Positions 21,071 through 30,961 of a DNA stretch of 64,000 bases are shown one piece after another. This DNA is from Shigella phage JK36. The position numbers and the translations under genes are program-made. The notes below the pieces were generated by a model that made no database searches, was not told the origin of the DNA, and saw nothing but the letters and a program-made list of their open reading frames with translations. The first letter of the stretch is position 1. Each line of letters opens with the position of its first letter. The stretch is taken from sequence record MK962754.1; one strand, 5' to 3'.

Positions 21071-21403
21071 TTATTTACGGAATGAAAGGAATGCTGGTGC
21101 TCGGAATGGAGTATCATCTTTAGAGTATTTAACTAATACGACCATTGGTACCTCTGTTTCTAAATGACCTGTCACCACACCGATAAAAATTTGATCAGTG
21201 TGCTCAGGGTCACGAAAGTTTTTAAGAGGTTCCATAGCAATATGGAATGCACCTGGGAATACTCGATTCAATTCGTCAATCACAGCTTCGTTAAAAACAT
21301 CATCCGCTGGGATAGCATCTTCAACTACTAGTTCTTGACCATTAAAGCGAAGCATAGATTTCATAACGTTTTCCTCATGTTGTTGATGGGATGATAGTAT
21401 CAC
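21071..21403 (-). CDS. hypothetical protein (110 aa; likely starts at internal Met, about 97 aa)
   Basis: ORF downstream of alt (alt.-1-like position). Confidence 0.5.
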   Translation of the reverse strand: MILSSHQQHEENVMKSMLRFNGQELVVEDAIPADDVFNEAVIDELNRVFPGAFHIAMEPLKNFRDPEHTDQIFIGVVTGHLETEVPMVVLVKYSKDDTPFRAPAFLSFRK

Positions 21404-21422
21404 ACATCCATGTGTTTGTAAA

Positions 21423-23510
21423 CTATCCTTGGATAAATTTAAACGGAACTGATTCTAAATCCATTAAAGATGCTAACAATTTCAAACCTTTAGGTGCACT
21501 AGTTTTTTCTACAAATGAGGCAAAAGATACCGGCTCATCTGATTCGATTTCACCCGTCATAGCAACTACCTCGCCTGTTTCCATGAGAACATCACCATCG
21601 TAAATGACAGCTTCGTCCAACTGGTCCGAGGACATGACTTCAGCTTGAATAAATTTAAGGTTGGATTCTAAACCTGCACCAGTGTCAGATGACGCATCTG
21701 TAATTTTATTTATCTGCAAGAGAATGCCTCTAGGCAAAATAATTTCTTGCTCATTAGGGTGATTACTCAACTGTCCGGGATAAATCACGTTAACTTTATG
21801 AGCGCCATCAATAGCCCATCCAACATTAACACGAATTTGTTCTGGCGCATGCATAGCGGTACGTGCCAGGCTAGGAGAAATAGTAACACCTTCGTCATTA
21901 TTGTCAATGTTAAGCTCTTTGCGAACTTCTTCAGGAGCAAGTCCAAGGGCAACGTTCTCTTTAAACCCACCAAAAATAATAGGAGCTAATGAAGTAGAAA
22001 CATAGTTTCTGAAGTAGAATACCTTATTTTTAACCATTGCTTCGTAAATAGGCATTCTGATAGACTGGGCTCTATACAACGTTAGTCCTTCAGGTAAACG
22101 GTCTCCATTTAAAAACGCCGAATCAAGACCATCAATAGCGCGTTTAACTTCATCTTCATCTGCAACATCATAAAAATCCGGTTTATAACGGCCTAACAAC
22201 ATATTATTGATATCGGTATACGCAGAAGAGGCATATTCGCGAATAGCTCGTTTTTCAGCAACAGAGTATTGTTTAGGGTCCCGATTCATTGTTATATTAA
22301 AGGTGCCTCTAGCCGATTCTCGTGCATAAGTATACATCACATTAGACAAGAACGCTGATTTACGTTGTTTCCAAGTTTTTTCAGATACTTCAGCTAAAAC
22401 ATCGTCGGCCAGTTGGAAATTATCACGTCTAAAATCTTCAAACCATTCGTCTTTAATTGAGTCCGCAATTTCGTTTGCAGCTTCAACAAAAGCAGCTAAT
22501 GCTTTAACAGATGTTGTTTTTTCAGTTTTAATTTTCTTAGCAAACTTTTCTAAAGTTGGCTTAATAACACTACCATAAGAAACTTCATCAGCAAATCTAA
22601 AGGATTCATCAATACGATTATAAATCTTATTTTCGATATCAGCAACTAAAGTGCCTTTTGCTGTGGATGATGCTTGGGCTAGTACGATTTCATATGCTTC
22701 AGGAAGTAATTCGGCTGTAGCCGGGCCACTAACTTCTTTAGCAGAATTTTCGTATTTCTGGAATAACTCACCTTCTTGGCGGTCAGCTTCTAAAGATTGG
22801 CTTGCGGCAATAGCACGACGAGAAATTTTAGTACGAGCAATAACAGGCTTATCTTTACGTTTTTCTTCTACAGCAGCAATAGAACCAGCGATAGCCGTTT
22901 CTTTGGTGACTTTTTCGCCGGTCTTTTTACTCACATAAACTTCGCCAACATCAGAATCTACTTTCGTGTACAACTCTGTGTTAATGTTAGGGATGCCTTT
23001 AATATCTTCAATGTTGGCATTTTTACGAACCATCATCACATAGGTGTGTTTACCTGTGAATTGATACATTGCCGACAATACTTTAAAACGACCACCGGTT
23101 TTAGTAGAAACTAAACGAGCAAGAAGAGTTTGAAGCTGTTGTCCACGTCCTTTCAATTTCTTGGTAGGGAATCGGAACAGAACTGCATCCATACGAAGAG
23201 CTTTAACTTGTTCATATACTGTATTGAAAATGGTGTTGATTGCATCAATAGGAGCAGGACCAAGGCCATTTTTCAATTCAGCGAGATTACCCTTTTCAGA
23301 CAGACTCATAATAACAACATGAGCGTATTTGTCGCCAAGTTTAACTTGTTTTACAGCGTCGCCTTCGGAAAGGTAAGAGAATAAACGAACTACAATATTT
23401 GTATCGATATCACCAATTTTCCAGACTTGTGGAACTTTAGCTTTAGGGTTCAAATTGACGACAGGAAGACTGCCTTCAGATTCAAACACTTCATTTAATT
23501 GTTCAGACAT
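21423..23510 (-). CDS. alt: Alt ADP-ribosyltransferase (packaged, modifies host RNA polymerase)
   Basis: 695 aa; ART-like R / S-T-S / E signature (YRAQSIR, VSTSLAP, NEQEIILP); T4 position between 54 and 30. Confidence 0.85.
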   Translation of the reverse strand: MSEQLNEVFESEGSLPVVNLNPKAKVPQVWKIGDIDTNIVVRLFSYLSEGDAVKQVKLGDKYAHVVIMSLSEKGNLAELKNGLGPAPIDAINTIFNTVYEQVKALRMDAVLFRFPTKKLKGRGQQLQTLLARLVSTKTGGRFKVLSAMYQFTGKHTYVMMVRKNANIEDIKGIPNINTELYTKVDSDVGEVYVSKKTGEKVTKETAIAGSIAAVEEKRKDKPVIARTKISRRAIAASQSLEADRQEGELFQKYENSAKEVSGPATAELLPEAYEIVLAQASSTAKGTLVADIENKIYNRIDESFRFADEVSYGSVIKPTLEKFAKKIKTEKTTSVKALAAFVEAANEIADSIKDEWFEDFRRDNFQLADDVLAEVSEKTWKQRKSAFLSNVMYTYARESARGTFNITMNRDPKQYSVAEKRAIREYASSAYTDINNMLLGRYKPDFYDVADEDEVKRAIDGLDSAFLNGDRLPEGLTLYRAQSIRMPIYEAMVKNKVFYFRNYVSTSLAPIIFGGFKENVALGLAPEEVRKELNIDNNDEGVTISPSLARTAMHAPEQIRVNVGWAIDGAHKVNVIYPGQLSNHPNEQEIILPRGILLQINKITDASSDTGAGLESNLKFIQAEVMSSDQLDEAVIYDGDVLMETGEVVAMTGEIESDEPVSFASFVEKTSAPKGLKLLASLMDLESVPFKFIQG

Positions 23511-23544
23511 AGTGTTTTCCTTTTAGTAATAATTTATATTTATG

Positions 23545-23566
23545 CCAAAAAGAGCCCGAAGGCTCT
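23545..23566 (-). terminator. hairpin AGAGCCUUCGGGCUCU + U-tract upstream of alt
   Basis: minus-strand stem-loop followed by TTTTT. Confidence 0.5.
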
Positions 23567-23775
23567 TAATCCACAATCGGAAGCAAAGTACGATAAACTT
23601 CAAAATTAGAGCCTTTTTCGTACTTATCGAAATTGTCCATAAAAATATGATAGGAATCGTTATTAGGAAAATCTAATATAATCTGAGAGCAAGAGGTGGA
23701 AACATCTCCACCATCCTTCTTAGCTACAATAACTGTTTCTAAATAAGCTTTCATTATAAACCTGTCTGGGACCAC
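23566..23775 (-). CDS. hypothetical protein (69 aa; probable start at internal Met overlapping gene 30 stop)
   Basis: ORF between alt and gene 30. Confidence 0.5.
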   Translation of the reverse strand: MVPDRFIMKAYLETVIVAKKDGGDVSTSCSQIILDFPNNDSYHIFMDNFDKYEKGSNFEVYRTLLPIVD

Positions 23776-25247
23776 GGTCCAAATACGTCTTCAAACGAAT
23801 CCGCTTCTGTTTTATCAAAACGGAACCCTTTAATAATTGGGAGGAAAATACCTACAGTGCCTTCACGGCCTTTAGAATGAACCCAACCATTACATTCACA
23901 ATCAGCGATACGTCCAATTAATTTACCTTCACGAGCTTCGGTCATTAATCGTTCACGGTCTAAATCATGACGCTCGTCTAAAGGAATAAGAACCTTTACA
24001 CCGTCAACTGTTTTATGAGTTGTATCTTTAAAACCTGAACCGCAATCGGTTGTAATACGACGACAACGTGATACGAGTTCGACACCACCTAATTTGTTAG
24101 GGTCTTTAGAGTGTTCATAGTATCCTACAACTTCTAAAGCGATATCAATAACTTCTTTAAATTTAATTAGGTTCTTAGAACGTTTGTTTTCCCAATACGA
24201 ATCACGGTTTTTAAGGATAATACCTTCAAGACCTTGGTCAACATATTTTTTATAAACCACTTTAGCTTCGTCAAGATTACGAACTAACTGATTTTCAATT
24301 GGCTCAATTCGTTTAAAGCCTTCAGCCATATTTTCAAGAGCAGCAAAACGAACATCGTATTTCTGACCTTTAATTTTGCCATCAGAATAGACTTCATCTA
24401 AAGGAACATAGTCCCAGGCTTGAAGAACCATACCTTCAGCTTCTTTAGGAGAAATAGTCCCTTGAAGAGATTTATTTGCTAAACCGTTTGAAGTGCTACG
24501 GTCCGCAACTTGTACTTCTTCGGATTCTTCATTATCACCAAATAAGAACGACAGGTCATTTCCTGAGCTCACAGCCTTTTTAATATCAAATGAATGGTAA
24601 ACTAATTCACCGTCGATTAAAACCCCATTAGGGTGTCTTTCACGAGCTTCTTTAGTCATTTCCATTAGTTCATCCGCTAATAGAGTAAGACCATGATATT
24701 CATTGCCGGCACGAGAAAAGAATTGAACACCATCATCGCGAACTTCAGCGAAACAACGAGCACCATCTGCTTTTAATTGGGCAAATGCGGGCCATTTAAT
24801 ATTTTTAGTAATCAATTTCTCGTCATATGCAGATGCTAACATCTGTGGTTGCAATTGAATAAGTCCAGGCCACACCTTATTCGCGATAGACACTGAAGCA
24901 CCTACTTCAAGGTCGCGCATCATTACACGACGAAGGACTTCTACATCATCAGGTTTACCATCAGCGATATAACCCATGAGCTCTTTAATTGCAGCATTAC
25001 CAGTGAGTTTACGAGTGGCTAATGTGAACTCAATAAAATCCAACATGTCATCTAATTCAAGAAGACCATACGCTTGAGACCTTTCACCTGGTCCTGGCCA
25101 TTTCTTAATATAATACTGGATACCACGTGCATATGTTAAACGATACACACGTTCAAGTAATTTGTTGTCCTTATTTTTCTTAAGGATTTCCTGTTTTGTT
25201 TTAGTAGAACCGATCGCAGCTATTTGGTTTAAAATATCTAAAATCAT
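23754..25247 (-). CDS. 30: ATP-dependent DNA ligase gp30
   Basis: 497 aa; adenylation motif KADGAR; N-terminus MILDILNQIAAIGSTK matches remembered T4 ligase. Confidence 0.93.
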   Translation of the reverse strand: MILDILNQIAAIGSTKTKQEILKKNKDNKLLERVYRLTYARGIQYYIKKWPGPGERSQAYGLLELDDMLDFIEFTLATRKLTGNAAIKELMGYIADGKPDDVEVLRRVMMRDLEVGASVSIANKVWPGLIQLQPQMLASAYDEKLITKNIKWPAFAQLKADGARCFAEVRDDGVQFFSRAGNEYHGLTLLADELMEMTKEARERHPNGVLIDGELVYHSFDIKKAVSSGNDLSFLFGDNEESEEVQVADRSTSNGLANKSLQGTISPKEAEGMVLQAWDYVPLDEVYSDGKIKGQKYDVRFAALENMAEGFKRIEPIENQLVRNLDEAKVVYKKYVDQGLEGIILKNRDSYWENKRSKNLIKFKEVIDIALEVVGYYEHSKDPNKLGGVELVSRCRRITTDCGSGFKDTTHKTVDGVKVLIPLDERHDLDRERLMTEAREGKLIGRIADCECNGWVHSKGREGTVGIFLPIIKGFRFDKTEADSFEDVFGPWSQTGL

Positions 25248-25513
25248 TTGATGTCCTCGATTTTGGTTACGGTTCTATTATAAGCCACTTCATCTAGAAG
25301 CGATTTCAGCGTTTTCTGATAAGTTGTAATCCATTTACCGAGTCCTTCAACATAGTATTCTGAAATGTAGATGAACCCTTGTTCAACACACTCTTTAAAT
25401 ATTTCTGCGTCTTTTACTGAACGAAACAATGGCCAGTCTCGAAAGAACATGTTAACGTGACCGTAGTCACGTGTGGTATTTTTGCCATCTGTAATATCAT
25501 GAACTACAAACAT
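25244..25513 (-). CDS. hypothetical protein (89 aa), 30.1-like
   Basis: ORF, ATGA overlap with gene 30 start. Confidence 0.55.
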   Translation of the reverse strand: MFVVHDITDGKNTTRDYGHVNMFFRDWPLFRSVKDAEIFKECVEQGFIYISEYYVEGLGKWITTYQKTLKSLLDEVAYNRTVTKIEDIK

Positions 25514-25522
25514 AATTAACCC

Positions 25523-26347
25523 TTAACAATTTATAGACCAAGTCCATTTAGACGAATCTAAAGGAAAGTTTTGAATCGTCCACCACGGCTGCATATCAGT
25601 TGGTCCTTGGGTTCGCCAGGTGTATGGAGTACGTGTTGTCGAGGGGCCACCAATTTGATTGGGCCATGCACCTGGACTTGTTGCACCAGATTCTTTAAGC
25701 AAATCCGCCAATCGTTTTAAAAGGTCTTCACGATCTGAATCTGAATTATTCTTAGGCAGAACCAAACGAGATTCAATATCATCCCACGTGTGTACACGTT
25801 GTGCAGTACGAGGAATGGCATCACGTTCACCACGAGCCAACCAATAAATCGGTACATTAAGAATTTCTGCCGCATGGTCACAATGATGAGCTAAATCGTC
25901 AACGTAACAAATTACGTTATATTTTGTTTTAGCTAGTTCGAATAATTGTTCCTTTGAAGAATCATGACCACACATCATTACTTCAGAGAAAGCGCCTGGG
26001 AACAAAGCATTCAAATTAAATTGTCTATTCAATCGAGCATCAATTGAATCACCTAGCGCCGTCACGGCTACAAAATTATAGTCTTCTTTTAGTTTATTGA
26101 TAACTCGAAGAGCATCAGAATAAGGCGCTAAGTAACGAATAAAATCAGAGCTATTATATTTTTCTATTAATTGTTTACCAAGGTTATCGTCGGTATTGAA
26201 CAGTTTACCAGGAGAAATAAATTTTTCGTCCTGAATCATTTTTAAAATATGTTCTAATGGAAGGTTATATTTTTGGGCAAAATAAGGAAGTCCAGATTGC
26301 CAGCTTAAACATACACCATCAATATCAGTCAAAATAGTAGGCTTCAT
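25523..26347 (-). CDS. HAD-superfamily-like hydrolase (30.2-like)
   Basis: 274 aa; N-terminal DxDGV motif (ILTDIDGV) typical of HAD phosphatases. Confidence 0.6.
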   Translation of the reverse strand: MKPTILTDIDGVCLSWQSGLPYFAQKYNLPLEHILKMIQDEKFISPGKLFNTDDNLGKQLIEKYNSSDFIRYLAPYSDALRVINKLKEDYNFVAVTALGDSIDARLNRQFNLNALFPGAFSEVMMCGHDSSKEQLFELAKTKYNVICYVDDLAHHCDHAAEILNVPIYWLARGERDAIPRTAQRVHTWDDIESRLVLPKNNSDSDREDLLKRLADLLKESGATSPGAWPNQIGGPSTTRTPYTWRTQGPTDMQPWWTIQNFPLDSSKWTWSINC

Positions 26348-26811
26348 AAAGAGTCTCTTAATAGGTTTAACACGTCAATAAATTCATCTTCAGTTAGTAT
26401 TGTATCATCTTTTGTTAGGTGGCTGGCCATGCTGTGCTTCAAAATTTTTCCTTTAGAGGCTTGTAAGGCATCACGAAACCCCTTGTTTTGGATCGCGGCT
26501 TCAAAATATGCATTTGTGTATAATTCTTTCCACGCTTCGGAGTATCTTGAAAATGGAACTCCTAACCAGAAGAGAGTCCCACGGTCCTGAGCTCTTGCGT
26601 AAGACCTTCCAGCTTGCTGTGCAGCCAATCCAGACAACCCAAATATACGTCTTTGTTGTTCAACATTTTTCACCTTACATCCTTGGAGAAATCCTTCAAG
26701 ACCTCCGAATTGAATACCATCCATAACAAAAGGCCATTGAGCAAAGTTACTTAATGCACATGACGGCCATTTGAAATTACTTCTTATTTCTAATTCAGAC
26801 ATCTTTAACAC
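26344..26811 (-). CDS. NADAR / YbiA-like (DUF1768) domain protein (30.3-like)
   Basis: 155 aa; family assignment recalled from T4 30.3 and E. coli YbiA, not checked by search. Confidence 0.55.
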   Translation of the reverse strand: MLKMSELEIRSNFKWPSCALSNFAQWPFVMDGIQFGGLEGFLQGCKVKNVEQQRRIFGLSGLAAQQAGRSYARAQDRGTLFWLGVPFSRYSEAWKELYTNAYFEAAIQNKGFRDALQASKGKILKHSMASHLTKDDTILTEDEFIDVLNLLRDSL

Positions 26812-27013
26812 TTATAATTTCAACATCAGCCCAATGTCCGTATCCAGGTATACGGTCTTCGATAGATAAATTTCTGTCATTTTTAGGCATTTTAATTGAC
26901 GTAACGTATGGTTCTAAACGGTTTTCCGCGTAATATGGAAAAACGTCGGTTACACGATAAGTAACTTCAATCATTTCCGTACCAAACAATTTCTGGATTA
27001 ATTTATTCAACAT
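26795..27013 (-). CDS. hypothetical protein (72 aa)
   Basis: ORF in 30.x early cluster. Confidence 0.5.
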   Translation of the reverse strand: MLNKLIQKLFGTEMIEVTYRVTDVFPYYAENRLEPYVTSIKMPKNDRNLSIEDRIPGYGHWADVEIISVKDV

Positions 27014-27200
27014 GTTTCAACCCTTTAATAGGAGATAACTCTTTACCCATACGTATGTCAGAAGTCCCATCAACCCATTGAACAGCATACGCTTCATTGA
27101 TAATTCCAGCGGCAGTTTTAAATTCGTTGAGAACTTTAAAAATCATCCCAGGGATTCCAACACCTTTTAATTGGACTGTTTGTGCTATTAAAAATTTCAT
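27003..27200 (-). CDS. hypothetical protein (65 aa)
   Basis: ORF in 30.x early cluster. Confidence 0.5.
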   Translation of the reverse strand: MKFLIAQTVQLKGVGIPGMIFKVLNEFKTAAGIINEAYAVQWVDGTSDIRMGKELSPIKGLKHVE

Positions 27201-27254
27201 ATTTTTCCACTTACTAAAGAAATCATTATACTCTAATCCGTCCTTGGATGTACA

Positions 27255-27899
27255 CTACTTAATGAAATTAATTTCTACCGGATGAACAACAGGTTGAGCA
27301 GTGATATATTGAGTAATTGCTTTCATGACTAGAGCTTCAGAACCAGGATTTTTCTCAACGAATTCACGTGCTAGGTTATGAGCTTCGAGTTCACTCAATA
27401 AACCAGAACGCTGGCATCCACGGTCTTGAGTACCCTGTTCAGATAAAAGGACTACTACATATTTTTCATCGTCGTAGGGCTTAGCCAGTTGAGCAAATGT
27501 TCCTTTACTTCCAAAAGGAGAGTTATGTCGCCACATCACGCCGTGAGGAGTTTCAACCTTCGTATATTCGTGCGGTCCATTTTTCTTAGTTTCTTGATGT
27601 GGAACTTCATAGACCTTAGGGTTAGGACATTCAATAAAATGCTCATCTAAATCGGTCGAGAATATTAAAGTAAAACAATTACTGAATTTACCAACACCGG
27701 CCTGATAAATTTTACCTTCAGAAGTTCTAATTTCACAAACTGAGCCGGCATCAGTAACTTCTAAAACTTCAAAAGGCTCAATAAGGTCATATGAGAACAT
27801 GTTTTTAAGGCGTGGAGTAATATCCCCATTTTTAAAATTCATTTTATAAAAAGTATTAACTTTAAACATAATTTCCTCAGTGGGAGCTTCGGCTCCCAA
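27255..27899 (-). CDS. hypothetical protein (214-aa ORF; probable true start at internal Met near 27869 with GAGGAA RBS, about 204 aa)
   Basis: ORF; the hairpin at 27881-27898 overlaps the first ATG, so the internal start is more plausible. Confidence 0.55.
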   Translation of the reverse strand: MGAEAPTEEIMFKVNTFYKMNFKNGDITPRLKNMFSYDLIEPFEVLEVTDAGSVCEIRTSEGKIYQAGVGKFSNCFTLIFSTDLDEHFIECPNPKVYEVPHQETKKNGPHEYTKVETPHGVMWRHNSPFGSKGTFAQLAKPYDDEKYVVVLLSEQGTQDRGCQRSGLLSELEAHNLAREFVEKNPGSEALVMKAITQYITAQPVVHPVEINFIK

Positions 27900-27904
27900 T
27901 TAAT

Positions 27905-28270
27905 TTAGATATCAAATTCGTTAAGAACTACATCAAAGATTGCTTCAAGATGTTCAGGTTTAGCTCGGTTACTCAGGATATGACGAATCCAAGTTTTAAC
28001 CAGAAGTTTACGATTAACACCATTCCAGCAAGGATGAGTACCTAAATCACGCTGACGGAAATCATCATCTAATGCAATTTTAAAATTTGAACCTTCCATC
28101 GTGATTGAAACCGTGATACCATTTTCAAATCGCATATAAACGTAATTAGGAGTCATGCACTGTTCGATTTCACAAACTGTACCGTTTTCGTGTTTCCATA
28201 AGCAAATAACTTCAGAAGAACCAGCAATACCGTTAGAAACATATTTACGTTCGAAGTTGGTGTAGTTCAT
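27905..28270 (-). CDS. hypothetical protein (121 aa)
   Basis: ORF preceded by an early-type promoter (GTTTAC ... TATTAT). Confidence 0.55.
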   Translation of the reverse strand: MNYTNFERKYVSNGIAGSSEVICLWKHENGTVCEIEQCMTPNYVYMRFENGITVSITMEGSNFKIALDDDFRQRDLGTHPCWNGVNRKLLVKTWIRHILSNRAKPEHLEAIFDVVLNEFDI

Positions 28271-28344
28271 TTTATTCTCCAGATGTTTAAGTTGTTTGTT
28301 GGTACAGGTCTATAATAACATAACCTGTACCAAAGTAAACTGTT

Positions 28345-28713
28345 TTATGCAACTTTAATCCAATTGTCTAAATTTAAAACACCTTTGGCTTTCATTTTTT
28401 CGATCAGGTTATCTGCGGTAATGCGTCCATTTTGATACCATGTAACATCTTCAGAGTAACCAGTTTCTTCGTCAACATATGTTTCTGAACGAATTTTACC
28501 GGTAATAATAGTTTTTAATTCGTATGTGTCACCTGTGAAAAAGTTTGCTAACACAATTTTCCAAGAGAAATCATCAGAAGGACCTTCAGGGGTCATACAA
28601 CCTACGAACTCAAATTGCTCTTTGTATAACATCCACTGGAATTCTTTAATTTCGATAGCTTTATAACCATCATGGTCTTTACATTTGATGTATGAGTTCA
28701 GATTGATTTTCAT
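28345..28713 (-). CDS. hypothetical protein (122 aa)
   Basis: ORF preceded by an early-type promoter. Confidence 0.55.
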   Translation of the reverse strand: MKINLNSYIKCKDHDGYKAIEIKEFQWMLYKEQFEFVGCMTPEGPSDDFSWKIVLANFFTGDTYELKTIITGKIRSETYVDEETGYSEDVTWYQNGRITADNLIEKMKAKGVLNLDNWIKVA

Positions 28714-28755
28714 TTTGTTCTCCAGGTTGTTTTATTGATTAGGTGGTACAAGTCT

Positions 28756-28784
28756 ATAGTAACACATCCTACAGGAGAGTAAAC
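28756..28784 (-). promoter_or_regulatory. T4 early-type promoter (GTTTAC, 17-nt spacer, TACTAT) for ORF 28345..28713
   Basis: minus-strand read GTTTACtctcctgtaggatgtgtTACTAT. Confidence 0.55.
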
Positions 28785-28814
28785 ATCTTTTTAAACTTTT
28801 TCCGCCCTAAACGC

Positions 28815-28840
28815 ACAAAAGGGAGACCGAAGTCTCCCTA
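28815..28840 (-). terminator. terminator hairpin GGGAGACUUCGGUCUCCC + U-tract after the small basic protein gene
   Basis: minus-strand stem-loop followed by TTTTGTGCGTTT. Confidence 0.7.
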
Positions 28841-28844
28841 AAAT

Positions 28845-29024
28845 TATGCAACAACCTTTCCAAAACGAGAAGCATCATCTCGAAGAACTGCACGTGCTCT
28901 GCGCATGATCTTCTCAACTGTTTGATTAATACGAGAGTTCGACCCACGCTTGTATCCAGCGCGTTTAGAGGTACCATCAACTTTCTTTTCAACTGCTTTC
29001 TTTGCTTTAGCTTGTTTTGCCATT
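28845..29024 (-). CDS. small basic protein (about 59 aa), 30.9-like position
   Basis: hand-translated MAKQAKAKKAVEKK...; below ORF-track cutoff; followed by a terminator. Confidence 0.45.
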
Positions 29025-29318
29025 ATAAATTCTCTTTAAATGAAAATGCAGGACTTATTGACATTGCCTGCGCAAGCCCTCAAGGGGAACATAGGTTTTG
29101 GATATTTAACGACAGGATAACCATAAACCCGTCATCATACCAACCACGACTTAGACAGATAACCTTTTTCTGACGCGTGATAGTACAAAATACATTCAAG
29201 AGGTACACCGTAAAACTGCCGGGGCCTTAAAACTATAATGATTCGCAAATCATTAATCAGACAGTTCGACGGCTCCTCGATTTTCTAGCCGCACTTAAGG
29301 TAGCGAATCACCTAAAAC

Positions 29319-29567
29319 TTATTTAAGGGTAATAACAAAATGACGTACTGCTTTACGAGCTGCAGAAGCCAAAGGCTTAGCATATTTCAGTTCATCTTTT
29401 GCTTCCAGTTCAGAAGCCAAAGCTGCCTGTACCGGGTTCAGATGTTTGAAATAATGCAGGATTTCCAGTGCTTCGGCTTCAACATCAATCGACGCGCCGT
29501 AGTTTTCGTGACCGTTATTCCATGCGTTTCGTTGCAGTTCAAGAGCGTGTTGTAATTGTTTAATCAT
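29319..29567 (-). CDS. rIII: RIII lysis-inhibition accessory protein
   Basis: 82 aa; near-identical to remembered T4 RIII. Confidence 0.92.
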   Translation of the reverse strand: MIKQLQHALELQRNAWNNGHENYGASIDVEAEALEILHYFKHLNPVQAALASELEAKDELKYAKPLASAARKAVRHFVITLK

Positions 29568-29691
29568 TTTAAATTCTCAATTCGAGATAATATTTAGTAG
29601 CCACGTTCGTCTGAATTTCACCTTCTTTCGACAAGTCTCTCAGTTGTAGGCTACCGCTTAGAAGAGTGTTCTCTTCATATAGTTATTTATA

Positions 29692-30024
29692 TCACTTATA
29701 AAGACACGGAATAGCTTTATAGTGGCATGTTACGAATTTCTGTTTAATTTCTTTAGGTTGTTTAAGTCCCAAAGCCACAAATGGATGTGGAACATTTCGA
29801 ATTTGTCCAACTGGTAGTGGAGTCAAATCACCGACTTCAACAAAACCTTCAGGAACATCAGGACCTACAGAATGAACTACACATAGTTCAGGAACTTCAC
29901 CTTGAACACGTTTACCAATCACAAGTCCTGATTCGGTAACTTCTTCATCACCTGCTTGAGCGGGTTCAGAAACCAGAATGACATATTCACCAACAGCACG
30001 AATTGGGAGTTGTACTTCAGACAT
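29692..30024 (-). CDS. 31: gp31 co-chaperonin (GroES-like, for gp23 folding)
   Basis: 110 aa (T4 111), synteny. Confidence 0.88.
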   Translation of the reverse strand: MSEVQLPIRAVGEYVILVSEPAQAGDEEVTESGLVIGKRVQGEVPELCVVHSVGPDVPEGFVEVGDLTPLPVGQIRNVPHPFVALGLKQPKEIKQKFVTCHYKAIPCLYK

Positions 30025-30081
30025 CTTATTTCCTTGTTGTTTGACGATAGATTAATAATATCATACTAGTCGTAAAGCATA

Positions 30082-30390
30082 TTACATAAGAAGCAAACGT
30101 TCTACCGGAGTACCATCAACCGAAATTACTTTATCAAGGCGGAAAGAACGCCACTGACCTAACTTGGTATCGAATGCTCGAACTGATTCACGAGGTTCAT
30201 AACGAACTTCTGTTGCCGGATTGTTATTTTCATATTTGACTTCAAGTTCATCGCGCGAAGCAAACATAGTGCGTACCTCACCGTTAGCCTTTTCAAATAC
30301 AACACAATGAACGCCTACAGACAGAATAGTTTTAATACGTTCACGAAGAACCATAGTTTCTTGTTCAGTTAAAATCATATTATTCACCAC
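30082..30390 (-). CDS. hypothetical protein (102 aa), 31.1-like
   Basis: ORF. Confidence 0.55.
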   Translation of the reverse strand: MVNNMILTEQETMVLRERIKTILSVGVHCVVFEKANGEVRTMFASRDELEVKYENNNPATEVRYEPRESVRAFDTKLGQWRSFRLDKVISVDGTPVERLLLM

Positions 30391-30961
30391 AAAAGTTTCG
30401 GATTTGTTCCCAATTCAGAGAACGAAGATTATTACGAGAGTACTGAATTACTTCAATACCGGCTTGTTTTAGAATGTCTGCCCAATTTTCAGGAGATCTG
30501 TCATATAATTCTGCGTATACAACCTTTTTAATACCTGACTGTGTAATAGCTTTAGTGCAATCAGGACACGGAGAAAGCGTCGTATATAACGTAGCACCTT
30601 CAATAGAATTACCTTTGCGAGCAGCAAACAAAATGGCATTTAATTCAGCATGGATTTCGTTATTAGCAGACCATGCACTATGAGCGGCCCGATGTTCTTT
30701 AGCCAAAACAAAATTATCCACCCGTCCAAATGCTGTAGTGCCTTCTTTATGCCCAGCAACGATGACCGGGCTTGGTTTATTCTTCAACCAACCGTTTTCG
30801 GATGCATGTTCGCAACAGTTTGTACCACCTGAAGGAGAGCCATTATAACCTGTAGAAATAATGCGTCCATCTTTTTCAATGACGGCGCCAACTTTCCATG
30901 AACAACATTTTGATTCTTGAGAAATCAGATAAGCAATCTGAAGATATGTGCTAGCTTTCAT
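30380..30961 (-). CDS. cd: dCMP deaminase
   Basis: 193 aa; zinc-binding HAELNAI and PCPDC motifs. Confidence 0.92.
   Translation of the reverse strand: MKASTYLQIAYLISQESKCCSWKVGAVIEKDGRIISTGYNGSPSGGTNCCEHASENGWLKNKPSPVIVAGHKEGTTAFGRVDNFVLAKEHRAAHSAWSANNEIHAELNAILFAARKGNSIEGATLYTTLSPCPDCTKAITQSGIKKVVYAELYDRSPENWADILKQAGIEVIQYSRNNLRSLNWEQIRNFCGE

Noticed and set aside
28807-29173. ORFs 28807..28992 (-) and 28922..29173 (+)
   Set aside because: Both are alternative frames over the hand-identified small basic protein gene (about 28845..29024) and its upstream leader. They have low-complexity, hydrophobic composition and no translation signals.
29025-29318. Possible tRNA or group I intron in the long intergenic region
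   Set aside because: I found no cloverleaf with a GTTCRANYC T-loop and no intron P/Q/R/S core elements. It is kept only as a low-confidence candidate structured RNA or leader in the findings.
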